Source: Eledone cirrhosa
Taxonomy: Eukaryota
DNA: 64,000 nt
Reading direction: 5' to 3'
Assembly: GCA_964016885.1 (NCBI GenBank)
Contig: CAXHJY010001656.1
Span: 1 to 64,000 of the forward strand
Shown here in pieces: positions 25,688 through 40,697 of the stretch; the stretch's first letter is position 1, and every line of letters begins with the position of its first letter. A program made the position numbers and the translations under genes. The notes beneath the pieces are model-generated. The model worked only from the letters and a program-made list of their open reading frames with translations. It had not been told where the DNA came from and made no database searches.

Positions 25688-27479
25688 GTAGTTAAAGGAC
25701 TATTAAATTTTGTTTAAATCCTGGCTAACTAACTTATCCAGAATTAATCGCAATTGGGCGAGAGAAGTAAAATATGGGAGCAATTCAGCTTTACTCTCTG
25801 AATAGTTGAGAAGTTTTGCTGCGTAATCATTAGATCAAGCATTCGATTCTATTGCGTGGTATCTTGGGAAAGTGATATATACCATTGCATCGGGTAGAAC
25901 CAAGCCTTGTGAGTCATATTAAATAGTCGGAAACTGTTTGGAAGCCTGTCGGGTTGACTGTGCCAGCCTGTGCCATGCTGAAGCTCCCTGAGAATGTCAT
26001 TAAGTATATACGTGTCTGTGGAATGCTTAGCTACTTGTAAATTAATTTCACGAGCTGGATGTTCCGTTGATTGAACAACTGGAACACTCATCGTTGAAAC
26101 CGATGAAGGTTTATTCCACACTCCTGTAACGAAAACTTTTGCTGAAGGGTTGTATTAAGCCGGCGGCAAATTAGTATCGGAGTAAATACTTCGATATGTA
26201 TATATTCGGATTTCTACATTATGGGTTAAATTTTCAGTGGGGTCAACTTTACTTTTTAACTTTTGGGGATCGATAAATAAATTATCAAATCAATGGCAAA
26301 AATAACGAGTCGGACAAGATAATTTGCGCTATCTGTTCAGGCTTTCTGCATTTTGAATTCAAATCCCGCCTCCTCTCGCTGGAAAAGCGGCGAGGTCTCT
26401 CCAAAGATTTGCTACTGACAGTTGGTATCAGTAATGGAAAGAGCGGTGTTTCATTGGTCCAATCTATTGATCGGCTCCTTTCCTTTCCTTGGTTTTTATG
26501 CTGCTGAATGAATTACCTTCGAACATTGACTATTTTTTAAAAGAAACTTACAACCAGTTTCATAGATAAGCGTTACGAAGAGAATCTTACATAAAAATAT
26601 GGAAATCAGATTAACGCAGGTGAGAAGATAACCAAATACCAGGCACTGATTGACCGCTTTATTTTTCTGTCTATCACCATCGAGACCTCCGATGTTCTTC
26701 GTTCCTGGTCTACAGTATGCCTTTTCCAAATTGGGAGGAGTGTATCACGCCTGAAGAACGGAGCCCCGAGAGGTGGAATGGCTGATGCAAACGGTACCGC
26801 TGGCTGTTCTCCGCGTCATTTTGTCCATAGGGCGCAGCATCTGAGATGTACCGTCCAGCCAAGCTTACAGAGTTTGTCATGTCCATACCCTGCCTTTAGT
26901 TTAATATATTTTTATTCTTTTTAAGTATCTTTTTGTTAGCTTTCTAAAGTCCATTCCTAATATATAAGTTAATCAACGATGATCATGAATCATTGAAAAT
27001 GATTCCTTTTCAGCTATAAGATGGTTACCGAGAAGTAATTGTGTAAAAAGAATTCTTAGACAGTGGGATGCATTAAGATTACATTTTCAAAGGGCATATA
27101 GTTGGAACAAGCATTATGCAATGGGATTACATGCTATGTACTCAGATGTACGAGCTAATGAACTTTATTTAACATTTATAAGAGCACTGTGTTGAGTGAA
27201 TTTGAAAAATTCACCCAACGCAGTAGGCGGGGCTGTATGGAGTGGGAGTGACAGCAACATTATATGAATGCAGCTGGTGATCCTCGGTTGCCAGATTTAT
27301 CAGAATATGCATTAACTGTATACAACGTGCCACTAAACAGCGCCACGGTTGAAAGACTGTTTTAAAAGAGTAACCTTTTCCAAAACTAAACTAAGAAATA
27401 GAATGACGTTCGCTTTCTTTCGTCAAAAATATAACTAATAAAAAAAATGTATTTGTGCCTGTTCATGTGTGTGTGTGTA

Positions 27480-27573
<94 letters not shown>

Positions 27574-28399
27574 GAGAGGGAGGGGGTAGAGAAGGGAGAA
27601 ACGCGCGCGCTTTTGGTTTTGAAGTTGCTGAAAGTTGTGGTATAACGGACTAAATCACCAGCTGTCTTCTAAGAAATATATAATTTTGGTAGCCATTTTT
27701 CTTTGATGGCTGTTTATATGAAAATAAGACCATATGTCAGATTGAGCTGATTGTTGTTGTTATTGCTGTTGTTGTTACAGCTCACATCTATGTACGTTTA
27801 GTTGGCCTCACAGTGGTTATTTGAACGTGTAGTTGACCCCTATTCGTGTAGTTCTAAATATAATTTTGTGCAGTAAGTTTACATTTTGTGTCAAATACTA
27901 CATGTTCTTACATGATAAATGGCGGTTAAAAGATTTAAAACACTCGTAAAATGTTAAAAATAAACATTACAATTGCTTCACAGACCCAGATAATATCAAA
28001 GATATGTGGAGTTCTAAAATTACCTTAACACAGACCACATGGCCTCATATGGAGTTTCATCTCATAGGAGGTTTCTCGGATAGGTTTCCTATTATGAAAA
28101 GCAACGTGAAATGGGGCATTTTGCTCAAGAACACAATGCGCTGCCCAGTCAAGGAATCGAACTCATTATATTCGTGAATCCCACTAGGTCGCGCGCCTTC
28201 ACTAAGTTGAATTGACTAGTTAAATGTTACCTACGCAAAAGTATATTCCATTCATCCATCCATAGGCCCTTAAATTCTGATTCAGTCGTAGGAGTGCTGT
28301 AGTGATATGTCTTGGGCATTTAAACCTGTAGAACCCCCATCCTTCTGCAGGTTCGAACATTGCTAATGTCTTCCAGAGAGAGAGAGTCAATCAATCGCA

Positions 28400-28738
28400 T
28401 TACAGAACTGGTACTTTATTTATCGACCTAGAAAGCACGAAAAGCAAAGTTGACCACGGCGGGATTTGAACTCAGAGAGCAGAGAACCGAAGCTTTCTAT
28501 TCGTTATCTTAGAGGTAGATTACTTAACAAAATGAAAACAATTAATATCATTTATCCATAGAACTGTAGTCTTTCCGCCCTCACATAGGCGCTGATACTG
28601 GGAATGGAATATCAAGCTCACCAGGATCACTGTTTTAAACGCCAACCGATAAATATCCACAAAAATAATTGTTTCTACGTTAGGCACAAGGCCAGTAATT
28701 ACCCAGTGTATTACTGGTACTTTATTTTATCGACCCCG
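28400..28738 (-). mobile_element. Two SINE family A fragments (about 28400-28478 and 28666-28738)
   Basis: Reverse complement of core and tail motifs. Confidence 0.65.
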
Positions 28739-29039
28739 TTGACTGACCATGGGCTTGTCTCTCTGAGGTACATGCCTGGGTAGGTTGTTTTGTGGAAGAC
28801 TAGCAGTTACCCAAGTATGCAGGTTTACCTTCTCTCCTAATGTTTTCCAAGGGAAAGGCAAAAGCCGATACAACTTTCTACCAATGTCATCACAAATCCT
28901 GAAAGGACAGGAGCAAAATCTCCTAAACTAGGAATCGAACTCACGAACGTTCTAAGTCACATACCGTCACAGAAATAGACAGATGATAGACTCAATGATC
29001 ATAGCGTTGCTTTGGTGGGTTGGTGATTGTGCTTCAACA

Positions 29040-29190
29040 GGACAGCGCACTATTCCTCATTCAGCTCATCTGCATTCGCCTCAAAGCAGTCATATGCCAA
29101 TCTTCGCTTCTTCCCGAAGGTCTTCAATGCAGTGCCATGGGTGGTGTCTCTGAGAGAGTCCCATCATTGCTGAACATCACCTTTCGGAAA
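29040..29190 (-). mobile_element. RTE-clade LINE internal fragment
   Basis: Minus translation WDSLRDTTHGTALKTFGKKRRLAYDCFEANADEL resembles the post-endonuclease W..L...A...G..+..DWFD.N region. Confidence 0.55.
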
Positions 29191-29695
29191 ACGAAGAAAC
29201 GGTTTTAGACAACCCTAAAACACCGACAACACAAACATAGCTAAAAACACGTCTAACACCCATACACAAAAAGCGCGCGTATAAATATATGTCTCATTAA
29301 CATATGTATGTCAGTACCTGTGTGCTATGTATGTGTGCATGTGTATATCTGTACTTATGTGCTTGTATATGTATGCGTGCATATGTATATAATGTGTATA
29401 ACATGTATATGATATACGTGTTTATCGCTACCTACGAGTGTGTGTATGTGGGATGGTGAGTGTATATGATTATCTGTACCTATGTGCTTGTATGTGTATG
29501 CGTGAGTACATGTATACAATGTATGATGTATGTGTTTAACGGTACCTGTGTGTGTGTGTGTATGTGTATGTATACACCTGTATATGTGTGTATACAGTAC
29601 CAATGGTATATTTGAACTCTACAACAGATTTTAGTCACATGATACAGCTGATAACGAACAAAGTTTGCATGCTGTGACTTTTTCTGTTTTGATAG

Positions 29696-29744
<49 letters not shown>

Positions 29745-29928
29745 TTATACACACATGCTTTCTCTGCTTCTCCTTTTCCCCTCTTTTCTTATCTATCCCC
29801 AATTCCCTCTCCCCTTCGCCCTTTCGTTTCCCTTTCCGTCTTACCATTTTCCTTTCATCTCACTTTCATTACTTCTGTTCTGAGCCCTCTCTCTCGTCAT
29901 CTATATCTACCTTATTTCCCCACTATTT

Positions 29929-29981
<53 letters not shown>

Positions 29982-30879
29982 CACGTTTGATAACACGGGT
30001 ACTGACGGTGGTGGTATTGGTTGATGGAATCCCTTGGGACAAGCGAGGAACGGTAAACACGGTAGGGCCTCACATATGTAATACTGTGAGTTGAAATTTC
30101 TCCATTAACTGAGATTATCTAAGCCCTCCATAAAAAATACTTCAAGGACTTCTCTAAAATCTAAAAAGAAAAAAACAAGTAAGGGAGATTACTCCAATAA
30201 GATCGATTAATTGAAATTTTTAGAAAATAGAGAAAATGCAGACAATTTATTTCACATTGCTCCAATCCACGCAACTGAAAAAAGAAAAAAAAAGTAGAAA
30301 AAATAATACTTATCCAATATACAATATATTGGGATTGAACTCACAACCTTATGATTTCGATGCGAACCTCTTCACTATTCAACCATATATTATATAATAT
30401 GCACTTCTTTTAAGAGGGTAGGTGTATCATTTATGGCAGATGTGGCTGTTGTTCCTAGCAAGTCAAGTGATCGTATAGAGGCTCCTTATTTACCTTGTCG
30501 GTAATTAGAAAATTTTGAAAAATATTTTACTTTTAATTTTTCCTATCTCAGGCTCCAGAAACTAATGAAACAACCATCGATCAAACAGTGCCCCCGCTGC
30601 GTACAGAAGTGAATCGTATTTATATCACTTAGTATCTATTTACTGCTGCTTAGATTGTATTATTGAAAAATTGACTTTCTTCTTTAAAAAACGACAGAAG
30701 TCTCTCTCTCTCTTTATATATATATTGTTATACTTTGGGAGGGTCATGTTGCCAATAAGAAACACACGCACCAGTTGCTTTCACTTCAATTTATTATAAT
30801 AAATTTATAATAAGTATAACAATATCGGTTTCAACACACGATTTCAGATAAAGAATCTTGCTAAACAAATTCAGAAACG

Positions 30880-30922
<43 letters not shown>

Positions 30923-31065
30923 GACGATGATGATATTGAGAAAAACGCAAAAGAAAATGTCTTCTCTTGGCAACAAACTTAGATCGTCTCTTTTTCTTTT
31001 TTCACTCGGTTGATACTTTTACCTACTCAGGCTGCCACCACCACTACCTAGCTGCCTCTAGTTTT

Positions 31066-31174
<109 letters not shown>

Positions 31175-32062
31175 CACTGGGAGAATTGTGTTTACTAGCG
31201 ACACAGCACAGTCCCGATTACAGGGGACTTGAATTATTACCTAGTCTACCGAGTCTGGTGAAAGAAAGCGAAGAAGTGTACACCACGCTCTTGGGGTCGC
31301 ATAATTTATTATGTACAAAAATACACACAAGAAAATTCTTTAATACTTTTCTCATTCAATGTGATCTTTGGCTTTGAATCTTATCGGAAATTGGTTCAAT
31401 ATCCAGGTCATAATTTCTGGCTTTTATTTTGTTTTAATATGAGATTTCAGATTTAATAAAATATAATTGAAAAAATATTTCGATCTTCAAAGAGTCACTT
31501 GAGATAGGCTAATGCGATACAAGTTCCGGATTCTTTCTCAGACAGGATATCTAGTCTAACAGAATGGACTTAGCTTCTAAAGATATTTGAATAAAACGAC
31601 AAATATTTTTAGCAGTTACCTTGTAAGTGCCTGTGTGTAGGCTGGTCCGGCGCTACTATCAAGTCCAACTTGGCAGTCACCAACGATGCAGATCTCAGAG
31701 AGACGCATTACTGAACCTTTCAAATTTTTATAAGTAAATTAAATACATAATAATTTCTTGTGATCAATAAACAAATCACTAAACATCTTTGCCGTGAAGC
31801 GGTACAAAGGGATATATGGTATTATGATCTGTAACACACGCTCTCCCCATCTCTCTAAAGAAGAAATGTTAAAGTAATAAAAACATATATATTCTCCCAA
31901 CGTCAAGTGACGTTCAGAATTTATAAACCATGGGTAACCGCAGCCATTTTGCCTGTCTGAATGGCACGTCTTACGAAAGTTTACCATTCAGGCAGCAGCC
32001 TACTACTCTAAAAGTGGTGCCCATGTCTGCTTTAAACTTTATCAATAAATTCATTTTTTTTC

Positions 32063-32168
32063 AACATCGCAGACACCAGCCCACCACCAGTCTTTAAACA
32101 TCGCAGACACCAGCCCACCACCAGTCTTTAAACATCGCAGACACCAGCCCACCACCAGTCTTTAAACA
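32063..32168. repeat. 34-bp unit x3
   Basis: AACATCGCAGACACCAGCCCACCACCAGTCTTTA. Confidence 0.9.
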
Positions 32169-32464
32169 CACAGTGTAAATATTTGTCGTAGTTCTGAGAT
32201 AACTCTTAGTTATCTCAGGATTCCGTTTTCTTTTAACACACACACACACATATATATATATGCATATACGTAAGTGTGCGCGGACGTGTGGATGCATGCA
32301 CAAGAATGTGTTTGTTATATTATCTATTATATATATATATACATATATATAAAATAGTTGGTAGATAAATATATAGACACACTATATATACAATGTGTCC
32401 CTCGAGTCAACCAGTCTTTATATAAAACTTTTCAATGCTTGCCTTATGAGACATACTGATATCT

Positions 32465-32500
<36 letters not shown>

Positions 32501-32503
32501 TGA

Positions 32504-32560
<57 letters not shown>

Positions 32561-32623
32561 GGAATTCGCGTTGTGTGCATGTTCATGTTATCTGTCAGAC
32601 TGAAGAAAGTTGACCTCCGCCCT

Positions 32624-32703
<80 letters not shown>

Positions 32704-32814
32704 TACATATATATATATATACACGACCTCATCCTCGGGGCACTTTACAACTATTTTTTTTTTTTCGCAAGACATCACTGACAACTAATCTTTTAGGTCT
32801 AAATATAGATTCTA

Positions 32815-33162
32815 CCCCTATATCTATCCATGTACCCTCCTCTCATCTAATCCATGCAACCTACCCCTCATCTCTCCATACACCCACCATCATCTCCATG
32901 CAACCACCCCCTCATCTATCCAGGCAACCTCCTCTCATCCATGCACACACCGCTCATCTACCCATGCACCCACCCCTCATCTACCCATGCAACCTACCCC
33001 TCATCACTCCATGCACTCACCCTCATCACTCCATGCACCCTCCCTCATCACTCCATGCACCCTCCCTCATCACTGCATGCACCCGTCATCATCACTCCAT
33101 GCAACCACCCCTATCTCTCCATGCACCCCCCTCTCATCTCTCCATGCAACCACCCCTCATCT
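32815..33162. repeat. Degenerate ~22-bp C-rich minisatellite
   Basis: Recurrent CCATGCA(A)CC..CCCTCATC. Confidence 0.8.
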
Positions 33163-33233
33163 GCTGGCTGCATTATAAATTTCTTATAACGAGGTATTGG
33201 ATGTGTGTGTGTGTGTCTATATATATATATTTA

Positions 33234-33332
33234 TAAGGTGTCCTCCAAAAATGTATACACACTTCAACTGCATTCTAATAAATATTGTAATGTACATGTA
33301 ATCAAAGTGTGTATACATTTTGGGGGACCCCA
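33234..33332. mobile_element. Tc1/mariner-type MITE (decayed)
   Basis: TIR-like GGTGTCC..CAAAAATGTATACAC; TA flanks; related to 41371-41448. Confidence 0.65.
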
Positions 33333-34593
33333 TATATATGTGTGTATATAATAGAAGAACACGGGTGGGTTATATCGGTAGTAGTAGAGCACTCAATCCA
33401 AGAGACGACTTTGGTAGAAGTAGTTCCACAATAGTTAGTTCACCTTATTCGGATCCTCAGCTCGGTCTAAATCGGATTTTTTTCTGTGAACGAAACTTCG
33501 TAATAAGGAATTTATAAGGCAACAGTTTAACACCGAAAAAAAAAACACAAAAAAACCCATACATACTCTCGCGGCTTGTTCAGTCCCAAACTCGGAATCT
33601 CTCGATTAAATGTGAACCTCCTTACCCGGATCTATCGAGTCGGTTTATTAGTACGCAACAAATAAAACAATCAGTTGGTTACGCTTGATTTGCGTACTGG
33701 CGTGTTTGCGGCTACTACATTGTACCACTCGTGTAGTAGTTTCTTAATTTCTTAACGAACGATATTTTTTTAATTAATTCAGTAAATATTATAAAAAGAG
33801 TAGAAAGAGAAGAAAAGAAAAGTGTTATTGCCAAATCATTAGAACTTTCATTGTCAATTTCAAAATCTATAATGAATCAATCTAACAAAATAAAAGTTGC
33901 TAAGCAAAATTCAAATGAGCGTAACGTTTCTTCTAAGCTAACATGAACACGCTGGAAATGCTGGTAAATATGGACAAAACGTTAAGTGATTTGCTTGATG
34001 ATACGTCACAACATTACGCACCAATCTCCCAAGCCATTATCCAGCAAAAAGCGTAAAATTTATTCAATCAGTTGAAAGCAGAAGAAAAAGACGACGAGCA
34101 AGTTACTCAAACATTTCTGGCTTCTTGTGAATATTTTGAAAGACTCCAAGAAATGACCTAGCAGACAAAGTATTTCGATAACAGAGGGACAAACAAATGT
34201 TGACACATAGACTTCCAGGCTGCATCGGAATGTCCAGCACAATTGATAGGTATAATATGAAAAGGACTGTCTACCATGTTGGTAGAACGTCAGATAGAAT
34301 ACTTTACAGTATTCGTTCTAAGTTCAAGTCTCACCAAGATCGACTCTGCCTGTCATCATTTCAAGTTGATGAATAAAGTACCAGTCAAGAACTGTGGCCT
34401 ATCGCTCCCTCCCTTCGTCCCCTTCTCTCTCCCACTCCCTATCTTCGAGAGGGATGAGCTCTACTAGGTGTAATATGTCACAACAGTGCCACTACAGTCC
34501 ACCAGGAGTTCAGAAGAATGAGTATGAACCAAATGTAAATTTTAATACAGACGAATGAAGGCTATTTTAGAAGCGTTTAGACTCGTCGGAGAA

Positions 34594-34637
<44 letters not shown>

Positions 34638-35111
34638 ATTTTTATAGTTCTGGTATCTCGAATTAGTACCATAGAACAACAATTATATTGTAGACACCCT
34701 ATATATCTCAGTGTGTACTTAGTGGTCAATGAGATATTTACCTCATTTTTATATATTCTCCAATCTATGTAGAGAAAAAATTCGTTGTTGCTTACTGCTA
34801 TTTTTTTAGCAGCCAAGCCATCAACAAGTCTATAATATTCCCGCATGCTCTAGTGGCCGGGTCACGTACGGGTCACTTTAACGGCTATAACCCATACGTG
34901 CTGGTAGTTAGCATTATATTTGCTGACCGTGGGACAAATGTCCTATAGAATGGAAATAGCTATCTGAAGAAATCTACTTTCCGTTGGAAATTCTCCGAAT
35001 TTCCAATCTTTTGTGGATGGAAACCGCCGGTAATAGCATTATGAACAGGTAGATATTTAAATTATTTTTTAATTTATTTAAAGGATTGTTTAATGTTTGT
35101 TCTGCTCATCA

Positions 35112-35186
<75 letters not shown>

Positions 35187-35467
35187 CATACATGAGTGTG
35201 AAATGTAACTGAAAAATAATAAGCCCTAAATATATAAATATAGAGTTACTTTATATTAAAATACATGGCAACTAAGAATATGTTTTTGTAGGTACCCACT
35301 TTTATTATGGTATCTGATTAATCGTAGCAGATTATTGTCACATGCACCATCAAACTTCAGCCTTCACAAAGGTTGAAGTTTGATAGTGCATGGGAGATTA
35401 AATTGGATACCATCATGATGCTCTGAGTATCTACAATAACATATGGTTAGTTATCATGTATTTTAAG

Positions 35468-35510
<43 letters not shown>

Positions 35511-36503
35511 AGAAGATATATATATATATATATATATATACATACATTGTAGAAGAGCTATTTTAGTCATTTAATAACACACAAAACTGTATTATGTTTA
35601 CCTTTCTTTTGATTCTTGAGCTGTGAAAATGTTTTGTCGCACGTCTGTGACTTGATCACTGACACAATTCCACTGTACCTCTCGCTCTCATTATACATGT
35701 TTGTGTATTTGTGAGTGTGTGTAAATCTCTTTTCTTATCATTGCTATCACAATATATCACAACCCTTCTTCTCCTCCTCCTCCTCCTCATCATCATCACC
35801 ATCACCACCACCACCACTACCACTTTTTTTCTTTTAAACTTCTCTACTGCTGTTTTCTTTTGATGTGAAGTTTCATTTCCTTGTTTTTGTTTGTTGTTTC
35901 ATTTCTAAAGTTACTTTATTTCCCAAATGTTGTTACTTATCATTACAGCATCGCTCCCCTACTGCTAGCCTTCATCACTTCTTTACTCATGTTAGTCTCT
36001 CTCTTTCCTAACATCCCTTTCTCTCCTCTAGTTATCTATTATTTTATCTCCTCCCTCTCAGCTTCCTTGTGTGTGTGCGCGCGTGCGTGTGTGTAAGAAA
36101 CAAGCGTACAAGACAGAAACAATGGAAAAAACGAAGAGTCCCTTCTCTTCAGTCAATTTGTGGATATCTTTATAGTTTCGGTGGATTGATGTAAATATCT
36201 ATATGAGGGGGCGAATTAGCAGAGTCGTTAGAACATTGGATAGAATGCTTTGAGGTATTCGTTTCGTCTCTCTAGTTCAAATCGCGCCCAGCCCAATTTT
36301 ATCTTTCATCCTTTCGATGTCAATAAAAAAGTATTAGTCTAGTACTGGGTCGATTCTTCCTCTATATCTCTCTCTCTCACTTTCTATCCTCTGGAAGAAA
36401 TCTGGGAAGAGATGGATTCCTACAGGCTTAAACTGCCCTAGAAACACCATATGTCAATACGGTGCTCCAACGACACCATCGGGAGTTACGGGACCATACC
36501 ATT

Positions 36504-36550
<47 letters not shown>

Positions 36551-36612
36551 GAGAGAGAGAAAGTGTGTGAGAAAGATAAGGAAGAGAGTGAGTGATAGGA
36601 AATGAAGGAGAG

Positions 36613-36662
<50 letters not shown>

Positions 36663-36667
<5 letters not shown>

Positions 36668-36771
36668 AACGAGTAGGACCCCGACTCGTTCCTATTACCC
36701 ACTCTACTACCCTAAGTATTGAGTACTTTCGTGCGTTATGGTCCACCTGGTTCCTTACCACATTTCCTTCG

Positions 36772-36772
<1 letters not shown>
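36663..36772 (+). mobile_element. Short PLE derivative, same family (small fold-back head)
   Basis: ATAGGAACGAGT...ACTCGTTCCTAT hairpin then TACCCACTCTACTACCCTAAGTATTGAGTAC tail; flanked by (TA)n. Confidence 0.75.
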
Positions 36773-36811
<39 letters not shown>

Positions 36812-36861
36812 CAATAGAAGGCTGGACAGTAAATATCCATTTAAAGTTTTAATGTTACAAA

Positions 36862-36940
36862 AACCACTATACATATTTCAATGGCCTAGTTACATCATCC
36901 GATCATGACATAAGACCTCGGCGACATCATCAGATTCGGA
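36862..36940 (-). ncRNA. Degenerate hammerhead resembling family D
   Basis: CUGAUGA-UGUCGCC...GGCCAUU-GAAA-UAUGUA-UA; helix I pairs poorly. Confidence 0.4.
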
Positions 36941-37121
36941 TTGCATAATTAGTTAGTCAATAAAAGGAAATATGGCAAACACAAAAAGAGAATGGAGAAT
37001 ATAGTTGATTCGGAGATGGCCATGAAATGCCCAGCATCATTAATGCTGATAGGCAATATCCGGGATTCTTTCGGGTCTTATTGTAACACATGTTCATATA
37101 TTACTTGTATGTATGAGCGCC

Positions 37122-37221
<100 letters not shown>

Positions 37222-37560
37222 GTTAAGTATTTCTGTGGAAAAGGTAAAATATATATGTGCGTGCATGTGTATATGAATGTGTCTGTGTATAAATCTGTGT
37301 ATGTGTGTGTGTATAAGTGTGTGTATGTGTGTGCATACACATACAGACATATAAAGACTCCGAAACCTTTGTGATCTCTAGTCGACAGCTGATGAAGCGA
37401 ATGTCCCGCAGTGCAAGCTGTAAAATAATACGTCAGTATGTCTCTCTCTCTGTCTCTTTCTCCTTCTCTCTCGCTCTTTCTCCTTCTCTCTCTCTCTTTC
37501 TCCTTCTCTCTCGCTCTTTCTACTTCTCTCTCTCTCTCTCCCCTCCATCTCTCACTCTCA

Positions 37561-37603
<43 letters not shown>

Positions 37604-37929
37604 CACACACATACATACATACATACATGTTTGTGTGTGCATACTTTAGACTTGTCCTAATTCTGTTCTAGTTCACTCACCCACATTAAGCCCCACCCAC
37701 AAACTATAGCCCGCCTGTCATGACGTCTACGTCTTTCTTTTCTATCTACATTACATTACATTTAGTTGTCCGTCTTCTTTTGGGACCTTTCTGACCTCAT
37801 ACCACACACACACACAATACTCTGAATAGACACAAACATGCATGCCTTAGTACATGACCACTCACCCAACAAAAACATCTGTGTGAATATGTATGTATGT
37901 GTATATATTTGTGTGTATATATATGTGTG

Positions 37930-38345
37930 TTCTGGCTTCGTATTTTATAACTTCTCATCAATAGTGAAAATACATATGTATGTCTGTGTATATGTCTGTG
38001 TGCAGATATAGAATGTATTACATGTATAGACCTATATGTTTTCAGTTATATGTGTACACGTGCATATGTTTCTGTGTCTATACATGTGTATATTCAGTTA
38101 TTATATGCTAAATTTCTGAAATGTTTTACATATTTTTACATTAATGGACTGTACTTGCAACTTCCTCACTAGCCGTGCCCTTTCTGGTTCTGTGAAGCCC
38201 AGCTTTTTAAGATTTGTACTGACCCATAAGCTCCAATAATCACAGGTACAAATTTAAAGGTATAGGCAGGGTAGAGGATCTAAAGATCCCTCTTTAGTTC
38301 AGCATAAATGTTCTCCTTTTCACTAATCTTTAGCATTATAGACAT
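37930..38345 (-). mobile_element. Second, more decayed R4/Dong-like 3' fragment
   Basis: KISEKENIYAELKRDL*ILYP...FVPVIIGAYG; clear nucleotide similarity to 18710-18945. Confidence 0.65.
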
Positions 38346-39045
38346 CCGATAAGGTGGCAAATTGGCTGAGTCGTTAGAACGTCAGATAGAATGGTTTGCA
38401 GTATTCGTTCCGGCTTTCTACTCTCTCAGTTCAAATCCCACTGAGGTTAACTTTGCCTTTGATCCATTCGGTGTCGATTCTTCTTTTTTTCACTTCCATT
38501 CTTCTCTCACTCTCTGGAAGATATCTGTTGCAGACAACAAGGTCGCAACAATTGCGAAAGCTTCTATGCTTTTAGCATTTTATTGATCTAATTCCATACT
38601 ATATACATATATAAAAAATTGAAAAAGTGTCTTGCGTAACTAAGATCATATAAAATCAATAATAAAAGGGTGAACGAAGTCAACGGAAAAATGGACGAAA
38701 GACCGTGGTTTCGGCTTCGTACAATTGATATCACAAGCTCCAGTGCATATGGGACAGTTTTTTCGACTATTTCCACTATAGGTATATAAGTGATTATAAT
38801 GGAGTATTCCACTATTACTTTTGTTAAGTTGAGAGAAGCTCAATGAACACAAAAAGTCCTCTTCGCGTAAGGAATTCGAAAAGGGCAAAATATGCTTCGA
38901 AAGTTAAAATTCCTGTTGTTGAGGACAGTACTGGTAGCAAAGCATTAATACGTAAAATGAAGAAAAACCAAAGTTAACAACTTAAATTCATTTTTTAATT
39001 TCTACGTACGTTCCTATACAGGTGATAATGGTACATGCACATGCA

Positions 39046-39112
<67 letters not shown>

Positions 39113-39425
39113 AAATTAATTTAAGTAAATTAAATTAAGGGAGTCATGTCCGAGACATGCGCCATATCCACCGTAGAATAAGCTCAAAGATTCCAATGAA
39201 TAGATCCGAGCATTTTATATCAACTAGAAATTGATTGACATATATATATATTTAAAATAAACACATGAAACAATCACAGAGGATAATTTGTAAAGTGTGT
39301 AATCACACATAGCTAGGTAGGTAACTAATTGAAGTTTAACTAGAGCCTCAAATATCCACTGTGATTGTTTCATGTGTTTATTTTAAATATATATACATGT
39401 CAATTAATTTCTAGTTGATATATAT

Positions 39426-39620
39426 GAAAAGAGTCAGGACCCCGACGGCTGAACTCTGACCGTTTCGACAGCTAGATCCGAACAGTTCAGATCTAGCTGT
39501 CGAAAAGGCCGGAGCTCAGCTGTCAGGGTCCTGACTCTTTTCCTATTACCCACTCTACTACCCTAAGTATCGAGTACTCTGGTGCGTTGTGGTCCACCTG
39601 GTTTCTTTCCACACTTTCTT

Positions 39621-39622
<2 letters not shown>
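39426..39622 (+). mobile_element. Short palindromic-head PLE derivative
   Basis: Hairpin 39426-39542, family tail, (TA)n at 3' end. Confidence 0.8.
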
Positions 39623-39662
<40 letters not shown>

Positions 39663-39959
39663 CAAAAGTAAGTGTACAAACCAATCAAGGAGGAGAGATA
39701 GGAGATTGGTTGAGAATGATAAACCTGTAGTGAAGAGGACGGTGTGCTCAATGCGTATTAAGTGCAAGACAAGCACACAGTGAAAGTAAGCAAGAGAATC
39801 ATACATCATGCAAAAAGAGTATAGGCAGAGCGTTAATATAAAAATTATTGTTAGAGAATACAGTACCAAATTCTTGAACATATATATTTATTTGAGAATT
39901 TGGTTCTGTATTCTCTAATTCTCTAGCAATAATATATATATATGAGAGAGGGAATCTGT

Positions 39960-40120
39960 GGTGCTAAGATCGGGGAGACCACTAATCATGGGAGTACTCA
40001 ATGCATGGGAAGATGGAGAGTGGGTATAGAGATACGCAAAATCCCGTCCACAGCGCCAAGCGGTTTCGGCTTGTGTGACATATAAACCGAAACCGCTTGG
40101 TGTCGCTGTCGGGATTTTAC
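39960..40120 (-). mobile_element. Diverged subfamily of palindromic-head PLE derivative
   Basis: Hairpin with GAAACCGC...GCTGTCGGGAT; minus-strand tail TATACCCACTCTCC...ATTGAGTACT resembles the family tail. Confidence 0.55.
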
Positions 40121-40140
40121 ACCCCCTCTCTCTCCCTCTT

Positions 40141-40192
<52 letters not shown>

Positions 40193-40197
<5 letters not shown>

Positions 40198-40340
40198 AGA
40201 TTCAGGAGCGCGATAGCTGAGCTCCGGCCGTTTTGACAGCTAGATCCGAACTGTTTGAATCTAGCTGCTATCGTAACGGCCGGAGCTCAGCCGTCGAGGT
40301 GCTGAATCTTTTCATATTACCCCTAAGTATCGAATACTCA
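40193..40340 (+). mobile_element. Short palindromic-head PLE derivative
   Basis: Hairpin 40193-40316 with the same loop as the 706 and 39426 copies; preceded by (TA)n. Confidence 0.75.
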
Positions 40341-40400
40341 TGAAAAAAATTTACCTCTTAATTTTGAATCTTTAATTTTTAGTTTTTAATTGTAATACTC

Positions 40401-40448
40401 AACATTTGATAAGATGAATTTTACTAATACATCGAAACCGGTAATACT
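40401..40448 (+). ncRNA. Candidate minimal hammerhead with U3-A8 core
   Basis: UUGAUAA-GAUG...CAUC-GAAA-CCGG-UA; helix I only 2 bp. Confidence 0.4.
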
Positions 40449-40615
40449 TTATATACATTATATACATTATATACATTATAAAACTCTTTTTTAAAAGAAT
40501 TGTCCCTCTCATTTTTTTCAATAATGTCACTTTGACGAATCTCAAAGAAAGGGAAAAAAAGAAAAACAGACCCTAAAATATATTTTCTATGTTATTTCCA
40601 ACTTCACCTCTCTCT

Positions 40616-40697
<82 letters not shown>

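Noticed and set aside
26400-27850. Possible host promoter or exon (CCAAT, GC box, relatively unique sequence)
   Set aside because: No supportable ORF or splice structure; the motifs are short and expected by chance
37385-37435. CTGATGA-AGC...GCT hammerhead-like motif
   Set aside because: GTAA instead of GAAA; no convincing helix I or III
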